DNA from: Amphiscolops sp. MND2022
Taxonomy: Eukaryota
Reading direction: 5' to 3'
Assembly (NCBI GenBank): GCA_964187785.1
Contig: OZ076409.1
Location: 45,386,001-45,450,000, forward strand
Length of the DNA stretch: 64,000 bases
This document shows positions 13,160-26,301 of the stretch, piece after piece. A program made the translations under genes and the position numbers. The notes beneath the pieces are model-generated. The model saw only the letters and a program-made list of their open reading frames with translations, made no database searches and was not told where the DNA came from. Position 1 is the stretch's first letter; each line of letters begins with the position of its first letter.

Positions 13160-14355
13160 TGGTGACAGGAGTTACAGAAACCCGCTCCACCCGCCCGACA
13201 TCCAGCTTCACAAACTTCAGGCGATACCAGGAAGACGACTCGGACGAAGAAGGTGAATCAACTCCTAGAAGCAATGAGGAACGACTACTCAATGCAATCG
13301 AGACGATCCCCCAACGAATCAAAAGCACCACCACCAACACAAAATTACTACAGACACACGTCCCAAATTTCAGAGGCCAAAAAGACAAATTCGTGGAATT
13401 CGAGCACCTTCTCCTCAACCACCTTAGCCCGCTCGCCAACAAAATCACCGAAGAGAACAAACTCCACTTCTTTCAAAGCCTTTTGAGAGATGATGCAATA
13501 GAGTACTGGCAATCCATCCAGATAACGCCACTAACAACACTGAAAGATGTGCTCGACCTCTTCAGGAAAGAATTCGCGAAAGAGGACCTTAAAGAAGTAG
13601 CTCGCTACAAATGGGATCAAGCCCGTTACGATCCCACCACAGAAACATTCAGCGACTTCCTCAAAAACTTGAAAAAGACTGCGAAACAAGCATTTGGGGA
13701 AGAAGCGGATAAAATCATCAAAATGTTCTTGTTCGGTAAACTCCCAGTCGAAATACAACAAGAACTTACGATGGCCAATAAGGAGGAGAGCTCACCAGAA
13801 GAAATCAAGACATACTTGATGAGAAAGTACCAGTACCAACAGTACGTTGCGCCACCTACGACAATTCAACCATTTAACGCGGTCACCTCCTCGGTCCCAA
13901 CGACCAACACAACGATTAAACCAGCAACAACGACGACAACACAACCGACAGAACGAAAACGATTTGAGGGACAATGCTTGTACTGCGGAAAGACAGGTCA
14001 CCGCAAAACAGAATGCCGCGCCCGACAACGTGACGAAGCAAACGGCATTAAGAAAGAAGATGCAATTCCGATGAAGAAAACAACCGACACAGACAAACCG
14101 AAGTACAATCCCAAGCTGGTTTGCCAGATTTGTGGATACACCGGCCACTCTGCAAGAGACTGCAGGCGACGCATTCCCAAGGAAAGCAGCTCTGCATATG
14201 GAAAGATTCCATACACAACAAATTCACAGGACGACAACAAGGCTAGACGACAAGATTTAAAACGACAGCAAAAGCCGATGAATCCAATGCAAGCAAATAC
14301 TGAGGACGACGAACAACTAAGCTACTCTGATGAAGACATTAACCAGGGTTTTTGA
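12851..14355 (+). CDS. gag: E2 gag; starts inside the LTR; 1-bp deletion near 13105 in this LTR copy
   Basis: The 3' LTR version (29351-29660) reads in frame ...HRVGLD into MVTG. Capsid-like region; two CCHC knuckles (CLYCGKTGHRKTEC, CQICGYTGHSARDC). Confidence 0.9.
13160..13171 (+). other. E2 primer-binding site TGGTGACAGGAG (tRNA-Leu-like)
   Basis: Abuts the LTR end, starts with TGG, identical to the E3 PBS; one mismatch from a typical tRNA-Leu(CAG) PBS (TGGTGTCAGGAG). Confidence 0.8.
14346..14352 (+). other. -1 ribosomal frameshift slippery site G GGT TTT
   Basis: XXXYYYZ heptamer directly before the gag stop; pol is in the -1 frame. Confidence 0.8.
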
Positions 14356-17300
14356 TTCAGCCACGATTTCCGCCCGCTAGAAATACAACGCGCGACAAAC
14401 GACTTTCGACTCAACCGACTACACACAACCGTCCAATGAAGAAATGGCAGCCTTCACTGGACAAACGACCAAAAGCTGACGACGTCTATCAGCGAAGACT
14501 TTCCAACGATGAAAAAGCGATGGGAATTGCACGTCAACGCAACGGCAGCCGCTTTTCTCCACTCGCTGAAATCAACGATGAACAAACGATGAACTGGCAA
14601 CAAAACACCATGAGGCAGGTGGAAGATGCCAAAGAGATGGAAACCAACCATCTTGACGACGACTCGACTTTACACTCAACAATCGACAAACGGCTTAGTA
14701 TTAAAAAACATGCAAAACAGAGTAGTATTAACGTTTCAAAAGCTAAAAAACATGCAACTAAAACAGAAATTCACGTTCTCAGTCCCACTTTACACTTAAA
14801 CAAGAAAGATAAAATGCTTTACGTCCCTCTTCAGTTTGACAAATATGAAAACAGCGCACTTTTAGATACAGGCGCAATTCAAAGTGCAATGTCTGAAGCA
14901 GAATTGCGAAAAATAACAACGGCTCATCCAGAAGCCATCCTTCAAGAACTCCCCCCTCCGAATTTCAAAATTCAAATAGCAAACGGGAACTTAGTCCCAG
15001 TACGTAAGCAAGTCTTACTTAGATTTTACGTTGCTGGAAAAGTCTTTGAAGAAACGTTCCTAATCCTTCCAACAATGGGCACAATTTTAATTGGAATGTC
15101 ATTCTTTGAAAAGTACTCAGTCAATTTAGACATAAAAAACCACCTTGTCCACTTCCCTAATCACATGATGTCCATGCAAGTTAGACAGCAAAAGAACAAC
15201 AGATTCAAAACTGGTTTAATTGATTTGTGTTCCAGTACCAGAACAGTGATCCCTCCTCTCCATCAAGTGATGATACAGGTCCACAGTGACGCGGACATCT
15301 CACTTACAACTGGTACAGTTGAGGGCTCACCTGGATTCATGCGAAAGACGTGTTTGCTTGTTTCTCCAGCTTTGGTTGACCTAGACGAGGGCAAGACGAC
15401 AATCCAGGTCACCAACCCGAACAACCACACGTTCACACTTGATGCCAACACCACTCTGGCACACTTTCGCATACCGACACCACATCAGGCGGCAAACATC
15501 ACACCCATGCCAGTCGAACACTTGAACCTGATCACCAAGTACCCAGATGAGGCGGAAGCAGTGATCAACCAACTGTTCGTGAACCCTGAAATGAAGTCAA
15601 CTAAGTGGTACCCAACTCCCGAGACGTGCAGTGAGCCAGACAAACTCAACGCAATTGAGCGACGAATCTATGATGAGATTCTGGCACTACGAGAGCTCGA
15701 GAAGCTTGACCCGTCCCAATCCGATGAACAACGGATGAACTTCCTGAAGAACTTCAACTGGGACGACTCGCTTCTTACTCCGTCTCAACGGTTACAGGTA
15801 GAGGAGTTGCTGGTAAAGTACAACTCCATTTTTGCTAGACATCGTTTTGATATTGGCATGAACACTGATTTTAAAGTTAAGCTAACACCCCAACATGAAG
15901 AACCTGTTTATTCACAAAGTCTCCCTACTCCGACAAATTTGAAGGACGATTTGCTCGTGGAGTTAGCTTTAATGCAAGAGTACGGGATCATAACTACTTT
16001 GCCTCATAGCAAATACTCATCTCCGATATTTGCTCAACGTAAACCAAATGGTAAATTGAGGATTTTAGTTGACTTGAGAAGAATAAACCACTTGATCAAA
16101 AACGATTACGGTGAACACAACCATCCCGTAACAACAATTGCTGACGCTGCCCAACACATGGCCGGGAAAAAGTATTTCTGTAAACTTGATTGTTCCCAGG
16201 CCTACCATTGCATTCCAATGGCCGATGAGCAGTCTGTCCAACTGTTATCGTTTAATTTTGGTTCTAGAACTTTTGCCTTTTTACGTCTAGCCCAAGGTCT
16301 TAACCGTTCTTTGTCAGCATTCACAAGTGTAGTCCGTGAGTATTTGGACCCCTTGGTCAAAGCGGACCGATGTGCTCAATATGTTGATGACATTGGAATT
16401 GCAGCACACACCCCTGACGAACTGATTAATAACCTTGAACTTGTTTTTCAGCAGCTGAACAAAGCCGGTCTTAAACTTAGCATGAGTAAATGTGAATTTG
16501 GGCAAAAACAAATTGAGTACTTGGGAAAAACCATTTCTAGCACCGGTATTGCTCCCATTGAGAAACGAGTAACTGACTATCTGACCAAATTGAAACCCCC
16601 CAACTCAGTGAAAGCATTGCAACGTTATCTTGGTTTTGTAAACTTTTACAGGTCTTATATTCCCCGACTAGCTGATAAAACTTGTTGTTTACAGGAATTG
16701 ATCAAGAAGGACGTCCCTTTCAAACTGAATCAACAACATAAAGATGCTATTTTTGAAATCAATGAAAGTTTGTTAAAAGCAACAAAAGTGTCTCTGAAAT
16801 TGCCATTACCTGATAAACAATTGGTAATCATGTGTGACGCCAGCGAACACGCTGCCGGCTATGTTTTGTTAATTGAGGATTATGCTGACCCGTCAGTCAA
16901 ACAAACATACGCCCCTGTTGCATTTGGCTCTAAGAAATTTCAGGGCGGCCAGATGTCTCTAACAATGTATGCCAAAGAGTTTTTAGCTATGCACTTTGCC
17001 TTCGATGAATTTGGCCACATTCTGTGAGGTGCGAAAAAACCCATCATTGTTATGACTGACAATAAGGCCTTGACTAGATTTTTTCAGGCGAAGCATATCC
17101 CGCCTTCACTTCGGAATTTTTGCGATCAAACCCTTCAGTTCAATTTTTTATTAGCACATGTTCCAGGAGTTGAAAATCCCGCAGCGGACTACTTATCTCG
17201 GCTTGAGATTAGACCTGAAGACCGTGTACATTTAAAATTGACTGATACTTTTCCAATTCACAGGATCGAGATCGACATCGCCTCCCGTACACCAAAACAG

Positions 17301-19445
17301 GAGGAAGACGAGCCTGATTACTTTCCCACGAGCGAACCACTCAGATGCAAACGCCAGAAGGATGTCAAAGAGATGAAATTGGCAACTGGCACTGACGTGG
17401 CTCATGACGATGGGAAAGGGATGAAGTTCACCAACTGTGAGAGAACAGCGGCCTCAGATGACTTCGCGACTGACAACCATCTGACGTACCGCCTCACAGA
17501 CGTGGACGAGCCAATTCAACTCTCGCAATTCATCCGTAAAGTATCATTATCACACCCGGTAATGAGTCAGGTTAGCCCCGTTGAGGGGATCGATCTAATT
17601 CAGGTCCAGAAAAATAACTGGGTTATTCAAAAAATGATTAGATTTTTAGAAGGTACTGAAATTTTGCAACACCCAGTTAATATGCAAGATCAGTTTTTTC
17701 AAAAGTTGCACAAAAATCGAAAACGCCTACAAGTTGTAAACGGTGTCATGTACAGACAGTTTTTTGATCACACGGGACTGGAGTCTCACAAGCAGTTAGT
17801 TGTTCCTGAAGACTGTATTTTGAAAATAATTAGGACTCTACATAACAGCCCGGTACAAGGACACCCTGGTTTAAAGAAAATGTTGTACGAACTTCGTAAA
17901 AGATATTACTCTCCTAACTTAGCCTGTAAAGTTCAAAAAGTCCTTGACGGATGTGAAAACTGCATGAAATCTAAAAGTGTAAAAGAAACGCAACTACGTC
18001 CACCGTTACAAAAAACCTACGACCCGTGCGACGGACCAGAAGACCTGTTAGAAATAGACATCGTTGGTCCACTCCCGGCGTCGAACGGTTTTACACACAT
18101 TCTGACGGCTGTTGACGTTTTTTCACGCTACCTGTTCGCCGTTCCGCTGAAAAGACCTGATACACATTCCGTAGTCAGAGGATTACTGTCGATCTTCACG
18201 AAACACGCGTATGTGCCCAAGCACATTCTGACGGACAAGGGCACGGCGTTCACGGCTGAACTTCTGTCTGAAATCGCGAAAGCGGCTGATATTCACATCT
18301 CCCATGCCACGATAAAGCACGCACAGACAATAGGCAGGGTGGAGAGAACGCACGCGAAACTGAAAAAGATCCTTAAAATTAGTGTAAACGCAGACCGACC
18401 ACAATGGGACCGCTATGTCGACATAGCAATCATGGCCCATAACACAACGTATCATGATTCACTGAAATGTTCACCAACTGAAATTTTCCACGGAAGAACA
18501 CCATACAACCCACTAGATCTGCAATTCCGAAACGCAAACAAACCGGCTGAAACAAAGTGCAAGGACGTGAACGAAGTTCTAGACAAAATGAACTTCATCT
18601 TCAGAGACAATCTAGATAACATCATTTCCGCCTATCATAAGTACAAAACGTACTATGATAGAAAAGCACGAGCACAGCCACTGAAGGTGAATGAATTTGT
18701 GTTCCTACTAGATCCTAAGTACGATTCTCAGAGAAGCAAAGAAGAGTTTAAAACGTTCCATTGGAAAGGACCGTACAAGGTGATCAAAGTGCTATCCGAT
18801 AGCAACTACATCATCCGCAAAGTAGGCACACACCAAACTCAGTGCGTACACAGAATGCGACTGAGGTTGTTCAAACCGGAATTTCCGATTGATGACATCA
18901 ACGTGTCCAAACATCTCTACCCAGACACTGAAAGGGTTGAAGACACGGACATTTTCGACTCGAATATTCCGACGACCGACGAAGTAGATCAGAATGAGAA
19001 TGACAATCTAGATCAAAACTTAGTCGAAGAAGAGCCTTCAGAAGAAATAATTCCACAGGTACAAGAACGACACAGTCCACAAGTAATTCCTCCAGAAATA
19101 ACCACGAGAATAGATTATCAGCAAGTAGAAACTGACCACAACAACTTTAGACCACCTACAGTTAGATTTGGAACGCAAGAGGAAATTATTCTACCGCCCC
19201 CCCGCGATGAAAGTAGGATAAGAGTACCTCTGAGAGACGAACAACACGAAAATCAGTCACAACAGACAAACACGCAAAGTGAAGATGAGGAAAGGATGAG
19301 TTCTAGACCTTCTAGAAACAATCAAAGTAGGTACAGGTTACGCGAAAACCCTACACCGAAAAAATATCCTGACTTCCTTATTCATGAGATTACATCAGCC
19401 AGAAACTCTCTGAGAAAGACCAACAAAGTAAACGTAACGAGTTAG
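14352..19445 (+). CDS. pol: E2 pol: protease, dUTPase-like insert, RT, RNase H, integrase; one in-frame TGA at 17025-17027
   Basis: LLDTGA; YVDD; CDASEHAAG/KEFLA; HPG..CENC; EIDIV/LTDKG/VERTH; WKGPY. Confidence 0.95.
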
Positions 19446-19473
19446 CCAAGAAAAACAACATTTCAAAACACAC

Positions 19474-21325
19474 GATGTGTTAAAGATGAACAATTCACAA
19501 AAACGAGTCAATTACATGCAATTTCAATTTAAAATGAACATGAAGATGTAAAATGGATGAAAAGTTACTAAAAATCACATGAAAAACGCATAAAAACAAA
19601 ACACGATGTAAAACGGATGAAAAACGACCAAAAAACCAGAAAAAACAACACACAAAAATTTGAGATGAAAAAAGGATGAAATCACATGAAAATTTAGCTC
19701 AGACACACGAGAGATGAAAAAGTGATGAACTCAGTCAAAAATTCGACCAATCAACATGCAATATTTACTAGCGATGCATTTGAGATGGAAAATACCATCA
19801 GAATGCGAACGCACTCACGTTCATGCTGTCATAATACTCTAGCTCGGCTAGAGGATGAAATAGCGATGAATTCGATCCAATTATTCAGAAATTACATGAA
19901 ATCAATTAACGAGATGAATTTGTGATGGACACTACCATCAAATCGTGACCGAATTTATCGTTAACCTGACACAATACTCTAGCTTCGCTGGAGGATGTCA
20001 AAACGATGAATTTAGTCTAAATGGAAGTTCGAAAATATTAAATGACTTACCAAAACCTCCTTGCGATGGGAAACACCATCAACATAACATCACAATAAAT
20101 CAGCTAACTCTCAAACAACATGTAACTCCACGAAACGATAAAAAACAACCGACTTTATTTCGAATCATGCAAACAGAATTATGCGACACAAAAATGAAAT
20201 GATCAATACATGTAAAGTTCAAAGACCTGCCAAATCAATGACGTCACGAAAGAAATTGAAAAATCCAAACTACATGCAATACAAATGAGTAACACACGGA
20301 AATATACATGTACCGTTTAAAAACGAACGAGATAATATATGCAATTCACACCAAAGGCATCCAAACCTAGACGAATAAAAATGAAACAAACAATCGAAAA
20401 TACATGAAGCCTAATAACTTACATGCAAAATATAAGAACTGACGAAACACCTACAAAACGAATAAAGGAGTGAGCACCCCCCAGCAAACATCAGTTCATA
20501 ACAAGCAAAACACCCCTATCGAGAAGCCAAAAACATTCCTTCGTGCTGGCTGGCATTTCTCTGAAAAGAGTGCTGGTTAGTTGAGGCGGGGAGCTCACAA
20601 CCATATTCGGATGAAGCTTGCTGCGTTGGTTATCCAGCGGCTAGTAGATTCTCAGTTAGTTTTGTAGGGGCTTTGAGACGACAAAGCCCTGTCCAAATTG
20701 ACGAACAAAATCAAGAAATAACCAACATGCAAATAATGGGGTAACCCATTAAAAGATTACATTATGAAAATACCACGAACACCAAAACGACATGTAAAAT
20801 TAAAAAGAGAATGAAAATCATACTGAGACAGTATAAAATGAGTAAAACATGCACATACCATATGAAAAGTACATTCCCGAAAACGTCAGAGTCACATAGC
20901 CACGAAAACGCACAAAATTACAAAATTTCAAAATTACGATGAAAAGAAGATGAACTATACCGCAAAACGAGCAAAAAACTTGCCAAGTCAAACTTGCGAA
21001 GCAAAAACGATGAATTACACCAAAAAACTAGCAAAAATGCAAAAATTAAAAGGCAAGATGAAAAAACGATGAACTATGTAGAAAAATCACATGTAACAAA
21101 CATGCAATGAATCGCATATAACAAACGATGTAAAAAAGATGAGAAATCAGTTTTCGCAACGTCGCTCGGTCGACCGAGGAAAACGTGATGAAAATGAGAT
21201 GAGAAATCAAAAATGAAACGCTACCGAATCACCTACACTCCCACGAGATGTAATAACGATGATTACCGCAAAAAGACTAGCTGAGAATTGTGACAACGCA
21301 AAAACGATGTGAAAACGATGCTAAT
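19474..21325 (-). promoter_or_regulatory. E2 internal dyad arrays (GATG-N7-GATG on +)
   Basis: Clusters at about 19474-20010 and 20938-21320 (e.g. 21057, 21127, 21187, 21247, 21306). Confidence 0.7.
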
Positions 21326-21628
21326 TGAAATTTGGAACTCTGAATGACGTGACCTAACAGCAGAAACTAATGATCCGCAAACCTAACCTGCCTACGACCT
21401 CAATCACTAACTAGTATCTCAAGAGAAAAACAATTCGGGTGCCACATCATTTAACTTGTAAATACAAGCTACCGAACTTTCCGACGTAGCCTTTTAATTT
21501 TCCCCCCTCCCAGTATTCTCATTTCTCTTGGCAACCCATTATGATAACAAAATACTAACTATAATATAAAATCAAGCAAAGCAATACAAAAGTTTCAAAC
21601 AACGGAGTTTACAGTTGGATCTCAAACA

Positions 21629-24600
21629 TTAATTGCCGATCTCCGGACTGGCAGCTCGTTCCCCACTAAGCGTGTATCCTAGCTTCGCATACAATTGGAG
21701 ACGATAATCTTCTCCGGCCACAATTCCGATGTCGTCCCACAACATACCCTCGTCCAGCTTCGCCAAATTGACCAATCGTCGATGTGACTCAGTCACTTCC
21801 TCTAACAAAGGGCCGCTCACACTGTCATAACTTTGGATATGATTAGCAGACAAATAGGCCAAAATCACAGCACAAACACAACTCGTGACATCGCTTCTTA
21901 ACTGCCCAAATCCATCGCAGCAAAGACTGCTTCTGCTCTGAACTCCTCCATCTAGGCATAAAACACTGCGAACCAGATTCTGAGCGCCACCACTAGAACA
22001 ATGGCGAAGAAGATCGATGACAGAACAACCCTCTGTACGTCCTGCTAGTCCCGGGTCACGTCAGATATTGACAAGGAAATCCAGAAAGCCACGTTCCATC
22101 CGACCCTGCTCCGCACGGGTGATCCGACCCAGATCCACAAGCACATCAGTGAAAATCCTGATCTCGTCTAATAGGACGTCCTCTGCAACAAAACTCAGAC
22201 AGGGCATACTGAAAACACTGCGCACAAACGACAGATCGTCTCGCACACCTGGGAGATTAATAACAGTCTTCACAACGGTTAGAATGAAAACCGGAACAAG
22301 TGACAAATCCTCTTCATATAGAGCGGCATTCGAGCCTTGATCGTCCACACAACGAAATCCGTCCAGCAACACCTGATGTTTCACTTCTGAGATTTCATAG
22401 CTTTCCACATTCAGAAAGAGCCATCCACGAATGTCCAATTCCGATGGTAGCTTTTCTTCCTCTACTAGCATCATCATCAGTGACTTCACAAAGGCAGCAC
22501 TCTCAATTGCCCAGTAGCACGCGCGCAACGTCGAAGACCCAAAACTCTTCTCGTAGGAGCTGATCACTGAAAAACACGAATCACAATTATCACAAGAAAC
22601 AACCAGGTTTAACATTACACCCACAACCGTAAAACTTCCAACTCGATCTCAACAAAAAAACCAAAACCCCCCCGTAACTTACAGAACTAAAGTATTACTA
22701 ACAAGCACGGTACACAAGACCAAGAACACGGAGTCTAATCGGAATGCCGATCTCAGCACGTAGTGTCAAGTCTAAGGCATCCAAAGGCCCTTCACCACTA
22801 GCGAAGCGTAGCAAGCATAAGATGTCAGACCAGTTCGTCCGTAACTCCTCGCACACATCGGCCAGGGTCCAAATGTACACCTCGCCGGTAAGAATCGCCT
22901 AAAATGTAAATAATACCATCCCAATCAATTCGATAAAATCAAACAATTACATCACGCCTACACACTTGCACAACACTAAAATTATTACATCATCCAATTC
23001 TCTAATATACTACGTACTTGCAGAAGTTGAGGGCATCCTAGCAACAGAGGATCTTTCACGTATCCTTTGAGACGTTTCTGTAAATGGTTCAGTACCACGT
23101 GAATGTCTGTACCCCCCAGCACTGATCCGGCCACATCCACAATTGCCCGACTGACATCTGACAGTCCCAGAGACTTCACGTCCAATGATCCGACTCCTGT
23201 GCTGCTTCGAAAGAGCCCACCCAGCTGCGGCAACTCATCGCAACACAGTCCAAGTGGGACTGGCTCACCGAGCATACAGCACCACATGTTCACTAGCCAT
23301 GTGATTACCCTGCTTTCCCAGTCTCGAACCACACTGAAGCTAAACACACAGTAGTGCTTGACCCCGTCTAACACACACACTGTAACAGTCCCTGTCACGC
23401 GCCCTCCCACAACTGACAAATGGAAGCTACTGTAAGTGCTATCGGTCCAGACAGCGATCAGTCGCCGCATCACGTACGGCCACAGCCCTAATACGATCAC
23501 GCTCTAAAACAAAAACGCTGTGAATAAAACATAAAAAAAGCATCCACCCTACCCCCCACCCACTACTAAAACTAGAAGAACACATAATGGCCAAAAGTAT
23601 GACTAAAAAACATACGAGTAGACGCTTACCATGACATCGTTCAATCCGCATTGCGCCCCAAACAAGACCGCATGTTGGGGATCGGAAGCCACCAACACTT
23701 CCCACAGGTTCGTGACACTGGCAAACTGACAATCACGATATAGGGCGTCCACAACAAAGCAAATAAACAGACGAACAGTTCGCTCTGGCCAGTCTTCCCC
23801 TTCCTCTTCGTCGCCCCACACAGGTCGTCCAGCACCCTCCAACTCGAAAACTTCCACCACATTAAGTGATGGACAGGTCTCTATGAAAGGCACGGACACC
23901 CCCTCCAGGTTCACACGGCATTCTGCACTTTCGTCACTTGTCATGAGAGTTCCATCACGTCGCCGCAACGGTAGCCCTCGGTGCAGCCGTACCACACAAT
24001 CCAGCCGATGATGGCCTAGGCCTCGGCAGTGCTCCATAAAGGTGGTAATGCCTCGGCTGCCCACCTTAACATCTCTCTTGCACATTAGACATCGCACATA
24101 CGACATGCGCGACTCGTGATTGCGTGCATATCCTAGCGCCAGCCCGCAGTATGGATGATCAAACCATCCAGACTTGATCACTTTCTTTCCTGATAATCAC
24201 AACCACACAATATAGCAAAAGTAATACCATTACAAACCATCATAGACAACGACTAAAATCATCTGTTACACATCAGAAAAATTCGAAAAATGCAAAAGTC
24301 ACAAGTAAAAACCAAAAAAGTTCACCCGGAGTGATGAAAACATGATGTAAAATAATATTTTCATTGGAAATATAAGCGAAAAACGAAGAAAAAACAAAAA
24401 GATGAAAAAGAGATGTGTTTGCACACCACCAGAATGAAAAATGGAAACTTTAAAGAATGAAAAACTCGAACGATGGAAAACAGATGAATAGAACGACTTT
24501 GAACCAAAATTGAGATATTTTAGAGCGAAAACAACTTAACGATGAAAAAGAGATGTAAACTGAAAAGAAAACACTGAAAAATAGCGAAAACCGAAACGAG

Positions 24601-26301
24601 GAATTTTAAAGATGTAAAAGAGATGGAAAGTTCTAAAAAAGGACCAGAGAGCGAAAAGACTATTGTTCAAAACTTTTGACGATGAGAAAGTGATGGAAAA
24701 TGGAAAACTGCAGAAAACCATATAGTGAAAACAGAGAAACGATGGAAAAAGGATAGAAAAGAAGAAAAACGTGAAAAATGCTAGTGAAAGTAAAAACGAA
24801 GAAGGAAATGAATGAAAATCTACTGATCAGATACTTCACCGGTTTAAAGCTGTTTAGTTAACCTGGCAGACGAGATGCAATGGGCTCGTCATCGGAGTCC
24901 AACAGGCTGGGTCCCATTGGAGACGTCTCGATGTCAGCAGTAGCCACATTGGACGCAACACTCCCTGGAGCAGACACGCCAGACGGAGGACTACGAAATG
25001 AGAAATCGTCAGGGATTTCCAGTAGGGTCTCGGTGGTGCCAGCTGAGGGAACTTCGGACGGGGCAACGTCAACGTCAACTGCCCCAGGAACATCAGCAAT
25101 CGGTGGAGGAGGAGAAGACGGTGGAGTAATCGCTGGAGGATCATAGCAGGTAGCAGCATCTCCAGTTTCAGTGACAGCTTGGACAGTTTGATCTGCAACG
25201 CCCACACAGGCATTGATGGCCATGTCTCTACAATCGACAACAGCATTTACAGCAGCGTCGAGAGTAATACGAGCAGGAGGAGGACTAGCAACGGTGAAAG
25301 ATCGCCTTAACACTGGCGACAGTACAGACACTGGCGCCTGCCTGACAGGAGAACTCACTCCAGTTAGCGACAGTTCATTGAGGAACGAGGAGAGGTTGAG
25401 TTGAGGAGGCCCTCCTTGTGTGCTGACGTCAACGCTGCCATCACCGAAGTCACTGGTCCCGATCCCGATAGAATAGGTGATGGGACGCGGTCTCGGGGCA
25501 TGGATAGACGTTGGACCTGAAAGAAGGAAACAGAAATCAGACGACGACGAATGAAGAAGAAAGTGCGCGTACGCCGCGCGAAGAAAGAAGACAGGAGAAG
25601 AATTCATCTCAAATCCATCCTCAAAATGGAATTCGCAACGAATCAGCCATGAAAACTGTGGATATTCATGATACATCCTAAATTCATCCAAAAAAAAAAG
25701 AATTTTATGAGGTAACCGACCGCGAAGGGCACTACATGCAGATGAGATGTTTACATCGGAATTACATCGGAGTGTCCGGACGATGCTTTAGTACAGGAGG
25801 AAAGTAAAATGGAGTCAACTCACTAAATTGATGGATGCTATCTCGTAGCATGTCCCGCATGTGGCGATCATACCACCCGAAGGTGATGCTAACGAGGGAG
25901 GCATACCAGGGATAGTGATCTAAACAGTAACGGAAAGAGTCAGCGTCTGAATGGATCGGGGATGAGAAAAGAAGAGATTGTAGACTGAGATGATGATCTG
26001 AAAGGAAAGAACTTACACTGCGGAAGATACGGGACGTTAGGGGCCTGTTCAATTTGCTGCTCAGGTTGATACTGAGGTGCGTGAGATGCTGCATGGATTG
26101 GAGCCTCTTGAGGCGGAACTGTCTGCAACGTAGTCAGCTCGGAAATGATGCCGACAGAGTGAACGGAGTCCGCTAAAACCAAGACACGCCTTCAGTTCCT
26201 AAATATTCCCTAACCCGTTTGTGAAGAAGAGAAAAAATAGTGCACTTACTTTCTGTGGCCTCGGTCTCCGGTAACGAATAGACGGAGTGGATATCCGACA
26301 T
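21629..26301 (-). CDS. E2 antisense spliced gene: Ser/Pro-rich N-terminus, ZnF, degenerate hAT-transposase-like body; premature TGA at 22061-22063
   Basis: Introns 23504-23629, 22899-23017 and 22567-22702 join ORFs in frame; probable introns 24190-24862 and 26173-26249. ZnF is CLMC..FMEHCRGLGH. Confidence 0.75.
24333..24760 (-). repeat. About 70-bp-period GATG-N7-GATG array inside a predicted intron
   Basis: Dyads at 24333, 24401, 24472, 24541, 24611, 24681 and (24741). Confidence 0.75.

Noticed and set aside
13083..19080. Many short ORFs antisense to or overlapping gag/pol (also at 42-47.7 kb)
   Set aside because: Shadow frames of long coding regions with no recognisable motifs.
20530..20700. 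Self-cleaving ribozyme or tRNA in the structured island
   Set aside because: No hammerhead core (CUGANGA...GAAA) in a proper stem context and no cloverleaf seen; reported only as an unassigned structure.
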